Shown here piece by piece: positions 37,029-50,400 of a stretch of 64,000 nt of DNA (its first letter is position 1; each line of letters starts with the position of its first letter). The translations under genes were made by a program, and so were the position numbers. Location: contig RBNJ01000005.1 in NCBI GenBank assembly GCA_003990765.1, positions 1-64,000 on the forward strand, given 5' to 3'. The DNA comes from Jimgerdemannia flammicorona. Taxonomy: Eukaryota. Under the pieces are notes generated by a model. That model was not told where the DNA came from. It saw only the letters and a program-made list of their open reading frames with translations, and did no database searches.

Positions 37029-40000
37029 GGTTTGTGCAGGTATATCTTGAGGTGATTGATGTGGACTGGTGTCCTCAGGGTTCATCCATCCATGCTTCTT
37101 AAATAGATGCTGGTTCCTCTGATGTTGTGTACAAGATAAGGTCCTTCCCATTTTGGTTTCAGTTTGGCAGCAAAGTTTATTTCTATCATGCTTCTCCAAA
37201 CTAGTACTTGGTCTCCAATCTTGATCTCCTGATCCTTTTGTTTCTGGTTATAATATTTCTTTTGTCTTTCTTGGGCTTTGATAATCTGACCTCGGGCTTG
37301 ATTAAGTAACTGTTCTGCCATTTTGAGGAGGTCTTCGAGGTTCTCATGGTCAGTAGCTCTGGTTTTCTTAGCAAACATTATTTCAAATGGCTTTTGTTTG
37401 GTGGAGGCAGCAGGGGTGTTCCGAATTTCCCATAGGATTTCAGATAAGCAGAGGTCCCAATCAGTAGGATTGACTCGGGTAAGTCCTCTCTTGATGGTCT
37501 GGTTCATCCTTTCTGTCATGCCATTGGTCTGAGAGTGGTATGATGTGGTCCGTTTGAGGTGGATCTTGTAAATTTGGACATAACTTGTGATTATATTGTT
37601 GATGAATTCTGTGCCTCAGTCAGAGATGAGTTCTTCTGGGGGTCCATATCTGAGTGTGAGTCCATGAAGGAGGCCTACAATGGTTAAGGCATCTGCGATT
37701 TCTATTGAAAAAGCCTTGGGCCACTTGGTCAGATATTCCACAAATATAAGGATATATTTGTTTCTTCTTGGTATAACTGGTAGAGGTCCAATTACATCTA
37801 CTCCCTCCCCATCTCTGAAAGATGTTGCTTGGTGGTATGATTGGTTGCAGTGGTGCTTGATAGTTCTTCTTTCCTTGGTATTTCTGGCATATGTTACATT
37901 TCTTGAGTATGTCCTGGACTTGTGTTCTGAGTTTGGGCCAATGTTGGTATGTTGTTCACAGCTTCTCTTCTATATTCGCCTGTCCCTGGTGGGCTTTCTG
38001 ATGTTCTTTTCGAATGAGATCTTCTTGTGCCTTGATGGTCTGAGGAGCTTCCTTTAGGGTGTAGTTCCTCAGGACACCCTTCTTCTGGTTCATTGGGACT
38101 GCCAGGAAAGTACATCAACATTGTTGTGAGCTTTCCCTGCTTTGTGGATGATGGTGATTTTGTAATCCTACAGAATAAGGATCCAGCAGGCTAGGATTTC
38201 AGTGGGTTCCTTGTGGTTGAATAACCATTTGAGGGCTGCATGGTCTGTGATCAGAGTGAACCTTTTTCTGATGAGGTAATGCTTGAACAGGGTGACTGCC
38301 CATATGACTGCAAGGTATTCCAGTTTGGTGCTACCATAGTTCATCTGTTGCTGATTGGTAGCTCTGCTTGCATAAGCTATCATATAGTGCTGTTGGTCAG
38401 GTCCTTCTTGGGCTAGAACTGCTCCGAGGCCATCTTTAGAAGCATCTGTATATAAGATGAATGGCTTCTGTAGATTGGGGTGCACAAGGATTGGTGCTGT
38501 AGTCATGTGGTTCTTGAGTTCTTTGAAGGCTTTTTCTTGTGATTCTGTCCATTTGAATGGTACCCCTTTCTTAAGAAGGATTCAGATTGGGGCAGCGATT
38601 TGGGCAAAGTCCTTGATAAACCTTCTGTAGTAGGATACTAGCATCAGGAATGATAGTATTTCCTTCAGGGTCTTGGGTACTGGCCAATTGTTGATCTTCT
38701 CAGTTTTCTTTGGGTCTGCATGAGTTCCTTCTTTTGAGACTATGAATCTAAGGAATTCAAGTTTCTGTTTCCCAAAGTAGCATTTCTTTGCATTTAGTCT
38801 CAGGTGGTTTTTGTGGGTGAGCTTGAAGAATTTCTCTAGATAGTGCAGGTGTTCTTTGAAATTTGCTGAATAGATGTTGGAATCATCCATATATACAATC
38901 AGGCAGTGGTGGATCAAGGGGGTATAGACTGAATTCATCATCCTCTGAAAGGTGGGGGGTACATTGCAAAGTCCAAAGGGCATTCGGAGGTACTCAAACA
39001 GTTTTCCTAGAGCAAGGAAGGCTGTCTTTTGAATATCTTTGGGGTCCATGGGGATCTCATGGAATCCTGCAAAGAGGTCTATACTGCTGAAGTACCTGGT
39101 GTCTTATAACTGATCCAAAAGGTCATCAATTCTGGGCAGAGGATAGGCATCCTTTTCAGTGACTGAATTGAGTTTCCTGTAATCCACACAGAGTCTCCAT
39201 CCTCCTTTCTTTGGTACAATAAGTATAGGACTGGCCCAGGGGCTGGTAGAGGGTCGGATGACTCCATTGTCTAAGAGTTCTTGAATATGCTCCTTTTCGA
39301 ATGTTTTCAAGTGATTGGGTATTCTATAGGGTTTCTGCTGGATGGGTGTTGCATTTCCTGTATTTATGCTGTGGTGATATGATGGGTTGTATGGTAGGTT
39401 GCCATAATCGGTGGTGAAGATATCTTGATATTTGTTGAGAAGTTCTACTAGTAGTTACTGTTGTTGGGGTGTCAGTTCTTCTCCAATGTTGGTGGAAGGC
39501 TTCACTGTCTCCTGGGTCGCAGAGGGGCCTTTCCTTTCTTCTGGGACCTTTTTCCATTTCCTGATAGGTTTAATTCATAAACTTCCCTATGAGTTCGGTT
39601 GAGAAAAGGCACCAGATGTCCTATGATGGTTCCTTTCGGCAAGATGATAGTTTCCCAACTTTGGTTGGTTCCTTGGAAGTGTACTGGATTCATCTTGTCA
39701 GGGAATGTGTGTCCTTCTATATCCAGGTGTGGGATATCTTCCTTGGGTTCAAAGAAAAGGTTTCTGGGATTGGGTGGTGCAAAGATTTCGAAGGTGGTTT
39801 GTTCTCCAGGCTCCAGGATAAGGTTCTTGTGCTGTCTGACTGGTTGGCAGTATACTTGCTGGGGGGCATTCTTCTTGAGGTGGTTGACTTGAAGGAGATG
39901 TACTTCCTTCTTGTCTGAGCTTTAAAATCCCTTGGCTTGTCTTGTTCCTTCAGTCAGTTCGGACACTTCTTGCAATTGTGGAGTTCTGGCCTTCATGAAG

Positions 40001-43000
40001 ATTGCTTGGGCAATCTTCTGTCCTCTAATGATTCAGTGCCATTCTGTACTGCTGTTGTGTAAGATAACCTTGATTTCGCCTGTATATCCTGGGTCAATGG
40101 TTCCTTCTTCTACCGTTATTCCCTGTCTGGTAAGTCCAGACCTTGAGGTCAGTTGGATGTAAGTTCCTTGAGGTGGCTACATGGCTAGTCTGGTTCTGAT
40201 CATGAATGTTTTTCTGGGCTTGATGGACTCATCTTCCAGACTATGAAGATCATACCCTACATCCTCTAGGTGGGCTTTGGTCGGGAGTTTGGCCATGGGA
40301 TGCAATAGGGCATACTGGGCAATGTCCTTACTGAGTTCCGACTTTCCTAAGGCTGAGGCTCCACTAGCAGAGAGCCTCCAGGCTCTGAGGTTGAGATATG
40401 GCCATCTGGCTCCAGTAGAGGGGTCTCAGAGATAGTTGATTCCTCTTCTTCCTGTAGGGTCTAGAGCTTCTATGAAGTTGGTGGCATCTTCTGCCCATCC
40501 TTGGCAGGTTGCATATCTGATGAGAGCTAGGATATCTTCTCCCAAATCATAGATCTTGAGGATTCTTCTTCCTGGCTTCTTGGTCTGGCTTTTTCAGATC
40601 TGGCCTCTGTTATCTTCTTTCTTCAAGGTGTGGACTGCAACATCATGACTGAGATGGATCTTCTGATGCCTGCAGTCTCGGCAGTCTGGGTGTCTTCCAT
40701 GGTTGCAATATCCCATTGCTTGGAAATGATGTTCCCAGTTATTGATCTCTTATTGTCTTGGGAATCAGTACCCATCTTGATCGTAGGTTGGGGGAAGGGT
40801 AGATAAGGGGTATATGTCTGTTTGGGTGAAGAAGCCTTGTCCTCTAAATCGACTTTGTAGCCTTGTGGTAACTTCTTGAAAAGTGGTTGACTGTGCAAGT
40901 GTAGTTGATAGTTCTGGTCTCTGGGGTCTCTGTCTTTCTTATTGGTCCAACAGGTGATACTGGTAGCAGTAGTCTCGGGGAGAGTGGAAGACCATTTGGT
41001 GTGGACATCTTCCTAATTGAAAAGCTTTTTCCTGATGAGTTTCTTTCTTGGGGATAATGGTGATTGTACTGGGTCCCTCTTCGGTATTCCAAGGATCATT
41101 GTCTTCAGGTGGTGTCCAGCAAAAGTCATCCCAGGGGATGAGTTCAGGGACCTCTTCTTCTTCAGGTGCTTCCTGTTCAGGAACTTCTTGGTCAGAAGTT
41201 TCTTCTTCCTCGGATGATTCTTGACCCCAAATTGCTTGTACTTCTGCAGCTTCGGTTGCAGGTGTTTCTGGAACAGGTCTGCATTTCTTCTTCTTCTTTC
41301 TACACTCTGGGCAGGCTGCGCCAGGTGATTTCCTTGTTCCCATGATCTTGGAGGAATGCTCAGGACACTTATGTCTCTTGAGGTAGGTGGGGCATCCCTT
41401 GATTTCTCCTGCAATGGCTCCAATGGTGATGGGAATGGTGTTCTTGGCCCACACATTGTCTTCTGGTCTGTTATCCACCATATTAATTTGGGGACTGAGT
41501 CTGGGATCATTTCCATCTTCCAATTCCTCTTCCTCCTCTGTGGTAGACTCTTCACTACTGGCATATTCCTCCTGAATAGTAACCTTCTTCTTCTTCTTTG
41601 ATTGCTCATAGCTGGTCACCTTAATACTGTACTTCTTGCCTCGATAGTCAAACTTGAGTACTTGTTGAATGATGTCAACAACTGCATTCATTTCCTTCAT
41701 CCAGTTGGTGCCAAGGATCATGTCATAGGTGACAGCTTCAGTGACAATGGCTTTGGGAATAGAAAACTGAATATGTCCCAGGGAAATGGTGATGTTTCGT
41801 ACTTCTCCAAGGGGTTGAGTTCGGGCTCCATCTGCTACTATGATGCTGAGGTTGGATGGTCCATCAATGGGCCATTGGAGGGTGTTCAGGAATCATTTGG
41901 CAATAACACACACAGCTGCTCCCGTATTGATGAGGATTTTCACCTTTTGTCCTCCAATATCTCCATGTAGGTAGGTGCTGACATGTCTTTCAGCTGCTTG
42001 GACAGAGATGGGGGCTGGTTCTTGCTGTGGGATTGGGACCTGGCCAGTGCTAGACCTTGTTGTTCTCAACAATTTGTTTCGAACTCCAGCTGGTGTCAGT
42101 TGCAGGAACTGTAGGAGAGGGACTTCCATCTTGGCCTCTGAATCTTCTGCCAGGCTTCATTGTAGATGTCTCTGGGTATAGTCTTTGGAGAGTACTTTTT
42201 CTTGGGCTTCAGGGGTATAGGTTCCTGTTCTTCTTGTTCCATTTCTTCATCTTCTGGTGGCAGCTCATTTGTTTCAGGCACAAATAGTGAGGGAGTTTGG
42301 GGAGGTATTTCTACCTGTTCCTCCTCATGCTCTTCGTCTTCTTCCGGGATCATTCTTCTGCTGACATTTCTGGATGGTCTTCCTATAGGTCTCTTCCTTT
42401 TCTCTGCTGGATAGACTGTTTTTCGGGTAGTAACCTTGGTAGGGTACAAGTCTAGGTCACTATAGTCTTCACTGTTGCTTGCTTCCTCGAAATCTTCAAC
42501 AGGATGGGCTTCAGTCTTCTTATACTGGGTATCACTTCTTCGGTTTGGTAGTTCTGAGTCCCTTCGGTCACTTCTTTTGTTGTCACTTTCAGTGGCATAG
42601 TATCTGAATTGTCCACAGTGGAAATATTGGACCTGTGCTCTGTCTTGGACAGGGTACCTTCTTTCTTCTTGGTGGTAATTCCTGTTATCTCTTGGTGAAT
42701 AACCTTGGCTCCTCTGTGGTGGGTATCCTCTGTTATCTTGATAGCTCTGGTTTTTGCATGTGGTGAGTTTTTCAATCTGTCCAACCAATTGGTCCAACTT
42801 AGAGCTAAGGTCTTGGATCTCGCTTCTGTCCTTCTTTCCTTCCTTGGCTGGCCTTCTTTCTTTGGATCTTTCTTGTCCTTGAAGGAGTCCTTGTAGGGCT
42901 TTGACCAGGATGTCTTCTTTATCTTCTTTCTTGTCATGATCACTCTAAGTAGTTCCTTGTCTGACATCGAAGAATCCTTGGGCTGCATCTACTTGCTCTT

Positions 43001-43487
43001 CAGACCTTCTGATATCCAGGGTGCAGACATACTGGGCAATGTTTGGGGGAATTCCATTCATGAAGGTTATTGGACCTATGATGTCCTGGTTGGTGGCATT
43101 GAATCCAACAGCATGCATTCTCTTCTGGATTCTTGTGAAGAAGGCTCTGGGTGATTCTCTGAGATTCATCTTCATCCCCATGATGGATTCTTGGGCCTTG
43201 TGGCGGGTTTCATTTCCTGCATACTTTTCAATAAGCCAGTGAACCATGGCCTCATATTCTAGCTCATCAGACATTGCTGCTTGTATCTGTCTTGCCAGTT
43301 CTGAATCTCAGTCATTTGCTGTTTGGTGGAAAATTCCTCTGGCTGGTTCTCTGAGCTGAGCCTTGTAAATGGCGATTTTTCTTTCATCTGAGAGATTCCT
43401 CAGGGCTGCGATTCCTTTGATTCTGTCAAGGAACTCTCTGGGGTCTTCTCCTGAGTATCCTGCAAAGGTTGGCAATGAGGTGGCCAT
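37025..43487 (-). pseudogene. gag-pol of family B
   Basis: Gag LPTFAGYSGEDP; protease ILINTGAAV/ILGTNW; dUTPase; [50 protein letters not shown]; no chromodomain. Confidence 0.93.
39925..40320 (-). pseudogene. dUTPase domain of family B pol
   Basis: DVGYDL, SRSGL, GTIDPGYTGEIKV, KIAQAI, RQAKGF: the five trimeric dUTPase motifs. Confidence 0.9.
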
Positions 43488-44024
43488 TTCATTATCACTT
43501 TCTTCTGATTCTGGTTCTGGTTCAGATTCTGATTCCAATTCTCTTTCTGAACTATCACTAGAGATGAGAGCACTTGGGTATCTTGAGGATGGTGTTCTGG
43601 ACCTTAGATGAAGTGGAATAGGCCTGGGTATTCTTGTAGGAGCTACTTCTGACTCTGCAAGAGGTTGTGGTAAGGGTTCTATTAGAGAGATTGGTGGGAC
43701 TGGTATGGAGTGTCTGGCTGTAAGGTCTTGGGTTCATATGATAAGATCTTCTAGTTCTTGTGCAAGTTCTGTGAAATCTCTAGTAGGGCTGCCTGTATTT
43801 CTGGTTGATCTGGTTCAAAATTTCAGGCTGTACTGCCTTCTGGTTCTGGTTGGGATCCTTCTGATGCTGGGTAGTTGGTGAGTCTTGAGGTGATTACTTC
43901 TCTTCCTGTCCAGATACTAGTAATAACTAGTTCTCCTGTAGTAGCAGAGATTGATGTTGTATCAAATGTATCCAGTTTGACTGTGGGTTCTTGTAAGTTG
44001 AAAAGTCATGTCAATTTTGAAATC

Positions 44025-44042
44025 TTCTCAGTTGAGCCCCCA
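44025..44042 (-). promoter_or_regulatory. Primer-binding site, tRNA-Pro type
   Basis: TGGGGGCTCAACTGAGA after the 5' LTR; matches the tRNA-Pro PBS start TGGGGGCTC. Confidence 0.75.
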
Positions 44043-44044
44043 AA

Positions 44045-45348
44045 TGTAATGTGCTGGCTCAATGGAGGCAAATTACAAGGTTGGGGGTTGATATAGTTTG
44101 GCTTGAGCCCCCAGTTACTTTGTCAAAAAGCAACAAAATGTTCTAAGATTCCTGAGGTCCTTGGTGTTTGGTGGTATAATAGTCAAAACTGGATATCTGC
44201 AAGTGGTTTTCTTATTGGGACTATTCTCTGGGTGTAGCAGCAATTTGTATTTTTCCTTCTTGGGTCAACTGGGAATGGTGGAATTTGTGTAGCATGATGA
44301 TCTTGTATTTGACAGTCTGGTAATTTAGCAGTTCTCCTTATACGATTTCGGCATGACGATCTCTGTATAGCATGGCAATTTCTGTGTAGCATGGCAGATC
44401 CCTTATGCAGGACGATCTTGGCGAGATTCCTTATACGGATTTGGTGGACAACTCAATTTTGCTCACTGGGAATTATACTGGCATGGTTTCTTCTCTATTG
44501 GGCTCACTGGGAATAACAAATAATTCGAAGGTTGTGGATTCTTCCTAAATCAGCGGGCTTCTGGGAATAATAACTCGGGCGGTGAGGATCGGGTTCTTCT
44601 GAGAATGCAGATAACTCGAAAACAGCAGGTGACGTGGATTCTTCCTGAATTGGCTTCAACTAGGAATACTACTTGGATTCTTGGCAAGTTACATCAAAGA
44701 CTGGCTTCATTTGTGCGGGGTTACATCGTAGACTGGCTCCACTATGAAGTTATATCAGAAAGACTGGCTTGTGGCAAGAAAGGCGGGCTCTCTGGGAATA
44801 TGGCGGAAGGGTGAAAATCTTCAGGCTTATCTGGCAAGCAAACCAATAATGCAGCTTATTCCTTAAGTGGTGGGTTTCTCAAAAGGTGGCGAAGTTCTCC
44901 TTGAACTTGGTGGCAAATCTTCAGGCTTTGTATTGGAAAGTGGACCAGAGTGGAAAAGGAGACCAATGCTCACAATCTCCTAACAGTGGATGTAGAGTTC
45001 CTCTCAAAGTAAGGTAGGCAGACTTGTCTTTTGCTTTTGGATTCAATTTCGGACTGAGGTTTATTCACTCTTATCTCTGGGGTAATTTATACATTGTGGT
45101 TGCTATCTGATTGCTATCTGACTAACTATAGAATGCTATTTATGGGGTGACATTCACTGTCAGGGTGACAGCCGCTGTTAGGGTGACAGCTACTATCAGG
45201 GTGACAGCCACTGTTCACATTATTTCCTTCTTTGGCTATCTGGTTATTTATACATTTTTCACAGCAATGGTTGTTGGTTACTATGCTATACTAATGTTCA
45301 TGTCACCTGGTTGGGTTTTGAGATTGCTATGTTTTGTGGTTCGTCACA
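44045..45348 (-). repeat. 5' LTR of family B element (1,304 bp)
   Basis: Direct repeat of 35123-36482 minus two 28-bp units. Confidence 0.95.
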
Positions 45349-47479
45349 CTATATAAGTAATGAGAATACTAGAAATATATATATTAGTAGATGAAAAGAT
45401 AGCAGTCCTGGCTGACCAAGTTACTATATTAATCCAGCTCTTTATCTCAGAATTAAAACAAATAAACTTATAAAAGGCCTCTGACTTATACCATTTAAAG
45501 ACAAGTAGACTAAGTAATAATATTTATCAGATAAGTAGATATTAATTATTATACTAATAAATAGAATAATAATCAGAACTCAGACAGCATTCTTATCAAC
45601 AATGAGTACTATGAGATTAAAGATCTCTATGTAACTATAGGCTCACAAGTAGAGAAAGTTACTACCCATTTTACAGACATAGCTATCCAGTAATGATACA
45701 ACCTTCTAGTATACCTCTCACTTGGGAAATATATATAAAAATTGAGACATGTGATAGAGATAATGATTACTCTGACTATAAAGTCTACTCAGCTATCATG
45801 AGGCTAAAGAAGCTGATTATCCAATAGTTCTATAGCTCTACCCACATTACTAAAGCCAAAACTAAGCTCAAAAACCTCCAATTCTATAATAATAAAAAAA
45901 AAGATCTAGATGCATTTGCAACAAGATTAAAACCTTTCCTGAATACTATAAGAGTAGAGTATAATCAATGAGAACAGACTGTGAATAAACTCAGAGTAAT
46001 ATACTTCATTGATACCAACTTTGGATAGTTATTGAAAAAGATTCAAGAACAGGAACAATTCTATAATTATCTATAGAAATAATAGTATCTAGAATAAGCT
46101 ATCACTAAAGCATATACTATCCTAGTAGCTCAAAGACTAAGAGATAATAGAAACAACAATAAAGAGAACAAGTAACATCAATTCAAAAGAAGTATAAATC
46201 CTAGAATAACTCCTCAAGACTATAAGATAGATATAAGAGAATATCTAATAAGGAATTTGAAGAACTCAAGAAGAAAGGAGTATATTTCTACTGCAAGAAG
46301 ACTGAATACATATCTTATAAATATTCTAAGAAAAAGACCAATATGAACAAAAGATTACCTTCTCCCTTATATACTGTCAATATAATAGAAGATGATCTCA
46401 AAGAAACTCCTGAGAAGATCAAAGTCAAGAGAATCTATATTACTGTAAAAATCTCAGATAAAGTATACAAATCTGATGCTGACTATAACCTCTACTCAAG
46501 TATAGAGATAATCATTGAACTAGATAAGTAAGTAATTATTAGCACAGATATTAGAATAGAAGTTCCCAAAGAAACCTATATTTGTCTTATAGAAAGAAGT
46601 AGTCTGACTAAGGAAGAAAGACTCTGTATAGCTGGAGAAGTTATAGGTCAAGGATTCAAAGATGAAATCAAGATCCTGCTATATAATACTGAACAAAAAC
46701 TAGTCAAAATTATATGTGGAAAATAAATTGTCCAAGCCATTATTAAGATAATATATAATTATCTCAAAGTATAAGAAATGAATGAAGTATTATTCTCTAA
46801 TAGAAGAGAAAAGGCTTTTGAATTAATAGAAAATTACTCTGTAAAGACCAAGATACAAAGATCATTTATATTAAAGAATCTCAAGATGGAGATTAGATAT
46901 AGTACTAGTACATTATAGATAGATATATTCTAGCTAGATAATGCTTCTACAGAATTAAGATATACTATTTTGAGTATATAGATAAATATATTACATATAT
47001 TCCCAAATTCAAGAAGTATAAGTAAACTATTTCTGAATATTAGAATGAAGAAATTAAGAATATCAATAATGAAGATAAAGAAGTATAAGATTGGAAACAA
47101 GTTACTCTAGAAACAATTGCCATCTAATAAGAAGGTAATCTTGAATACATCTGCCTATAAGAGAAAATTAGTTATAGTTCTTATTGACAGTAGAGCAAAC
47201 AAGTGTTATCTTGATAAGAAAACTTCTAATAAATTCAACCTTAAGATATAAAGAAACCCAGAAGAAAACATTGCTATATTTGATAATAATATAATTTAGA
47301 AACTCTCAAAAATCTGTAAAATACACTTCTATAACTAGAAGACTATACTACAAAGTAGATCTTTCATATTACATACCTTCTAAGATATAATCTCATTCTG
47401 GGAAAAATCTTACTCATATAAGAGAATCTGTATATTAACTGGCAAACTAATACAATCTCTCTAAGATATATTAAGCTAT

Positions 47480-50400
47480 TATAAGAACACAATCTCTAAG
47501 TTATAGAAATCTACATCACCCTCAAAACAAATCTAGAAATTGTATATAAGATCATAAAGCTGAGTCAAACTATAGTCATAAATCATAAAGCTGAGTTAGC
47601 TTTAAGTTACAGAATATAAGACTTATAAAAACAGAATCTTACCAATCAAGATTGAGGATATATATATCAGATATATAGTATACCAAAACAGAGAACTATA
47701 ATAAAAAATAACTATAAATTCTCAAATATATATTCAGCTATGACTACTGAAGTCTATAACTATATCTGTACAGACATTTGGAATACTATTGTCAACTATA
47801 CTACAGTACTCTTGTCTCTTATCAATATCTATAGTTTATACTCCTCTATTTTATAAAAGTCTTATAGAATACTCTAAACATACTTAGCAAAGTTCACTAA
47901 ATTAGACAAATCTCAAGCTATTATTAAATCAGCTATTCTCTCAAAAATATAATTAACTACTATTATGATATAGATATTACTAAAATATCTCAATACTAGA
48001 AACTCATTATATGTAAATACTGAGAACTCTTTTACAAATATAGCATCTTTATTTTCTGTCTTCAAGCTACTACTACTGAAATGTTCATCACTCTGATCTA
48101 TGGCCAAATTAACAATATGGTGCAAGAACTCAACCAGAAATATATCAAGTATGTCTGAATCACTGACAGACTTTTCTTACATCCAGATGACTATATTTTG
48201 CAAATATCTTAAGTTAGATATTCCATGAAGGATATCTACAATATAATCTAATTTGACAATAATGAAGTAGAAGATAATGATCTCTCTACTAACTCTATCA
48301 ATGAACTTACAACAGTTTATATCTATTTATAAGATCTATTACATAAGATAATAACCACTAGTATGAGTATTAACCCATATTCATATCTAACTATTTTAAC
48401 TATAATAAAGAAATAGGAGAACACAATCTGTATCTCTAGACAATTCTTAAGATAGAATTAACAACCTTACCTTCTAAGTATAAGTGATATGAAGAACAAC
48501 TTCCAGTATACTACAACTCTGTAACATATAGTACTGTAACCTATCAAAGATATATTAATAGCAAATTCAATAAAAGCAAAGATAAAGTACCTTCACTATC
48601 TACCAATACCATACTCAGTATATGAGATAGATGATGCTATTCTATGAGATAATCAGTTTATTTCAATATATTACTATATAAATGAACAGAGAGATATAAT
48701 CCAAGAACTACTCTTTCTAGATAACTACTTTATTAGAGATGATATCATATGATGATCTCATCAACCTATACTCAGACAATATATAAGTCTATAAATAGCT
48801 TAGCAGCTATTAGTATAGTTAGATTAGTAAGTACTATATAATTATATTCTGACTCATTAGTTAGTAAATCTCTTAATATATCAGTTTATAACTTATACTA
48901 TAAAACTTAATTCTGACTCATCAAGTACTAAAAGTACTAATTCATATTTAGTCTAGTCTAGATAGTCTCTCATTAGTATAAATACTCTCTCTTCCAGATC
49001 TCAGAAAATTAGATAAAAAATACAAACAATCTGAGTATAAACAATCTCTTATACAAATAATCCTTCACATACTACTCCTAGTATTTACTAATAGCAATAT
49101 TATGAATAGTGAATAAATCTATTTAATAACTCTCAAACCACAATTAAGTAAATCTATACTATATTAGATCTCACTCCTAACTACTCTAGAAATTTTCTAA
49201 TTAAATATTATTTATAGTAATATACTAATTCAACTAAACTGGTCTTAGTTTCTTGAACTTTCTGAAATAATAGAAATTCTGAACATCTAAAACAAGTTCA
49301 AGAAAAGGACTTTAATTGAGATGTTAACCTAATCTTGAAATCAATAATTATAGAGAATGTACTCTATATAAAATTGATCTTGATCTAAAAAAAATAGTCT
49401 TCTAGAATATTCAGAGTAATTTAACAAAGTACTCTCTTATAACTTAGTAGCAGTAGTTTACAATTCAATTCTACTTTAAGATACTTTCTTATATAGCTAT
49501 AAATCTTCTCAAAAATTTCTACAAGTTAGTATAAAGCCTAACTACTGAACTAGAATTTATCCTGAACTATCTGACAATCTGGAGTAAATTGAACCTAATA
49601 TATAAGGACAATTAGATCTCTACACCTGTAACAGATAAGATAAGCTTTATATAAATAATATAGTACTCTAGTTAAACTAACTAATAAGAGAAAATCTATT
49701 TATTAAACTTCTTACTCTACATTCTATAAGTCAAGATGAAGAAGGTTTTATATAAGCCTTCTTTACTCTTTTCAATAAGAGTTTTATAAGCACCAAGAAC
49801 CCAAGTGATCTAGGATAACTAGTAGCTATCTTTCTAGCCTTAGTATTATATAAAACCCAAGTATCAGTAGTCTAGTGGCTTAACTCTACTAATTATTACT
49901 AAACCAGAACAAAGACTATCCTATATTACTATTTTTAAAATTATAAGATCTATCATATTTTTAAAGAAGAGATCAGAGAAACTCTTTATCAATAATCAAT
50001 AACTGAGCTAGAAGTAGGTCTAGCCAGAACTCTTCCTGAATCCAAAACTGAATCTGAAGCTAAACTAGACCTTAAGGAGCTTTTGATTTAAGCTCATCTG
50101 AACTCTATTATACAATAATACTATCTACTTTAATGCAGAACAAACTCAGCTACAATAAGACTAAAATAAAGAAAAGGAGAAGTATCTCACTAAATTCAAT
50201 ATAGAAATTCAGGACAAAACATATCTACAGAACAGCAGATAGTTATCTATCAGACCCTTATACCAGATTTATATCAGTCACTCTAGCAACTCATACAAAC
50301 TCAAAAAATATCTTTATACTTGCACTTTAAATTATATCAATAACTCCACTATTAGTAGTATAACTATCTTTAGTAAACAATATGACAAATTATCAAATTC

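Larger units (their letters stand above)
35123..45348 (-). mobile_element. Full-length Ty3/Gypsy family B (Gag-PR-dUTPase-RT-RH-IN + ORF3)
   Basis: LTRs 35123-36482 and 44045-45348; 4-bp TSD CTAT at 35119-35122 and 45349-45352; PBS, PPT and all pol domains present with disablements. Confidence 0.96.
34035..47479 (+). mobile_element. Relic Ty3/Gypsy family C (relative of A), host of the family B insertion
   Basis: Putative LTR TGTAAC..ATTACA 34035-34310 then decayed PBS TAATAGTAG; Gag resumes at 45353 (SILINNEYY..KVTTHF, similar to A Gag); dUTPase ~46430-46830; protease VLIDSRAN ~47180. Confidence 0.7.
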
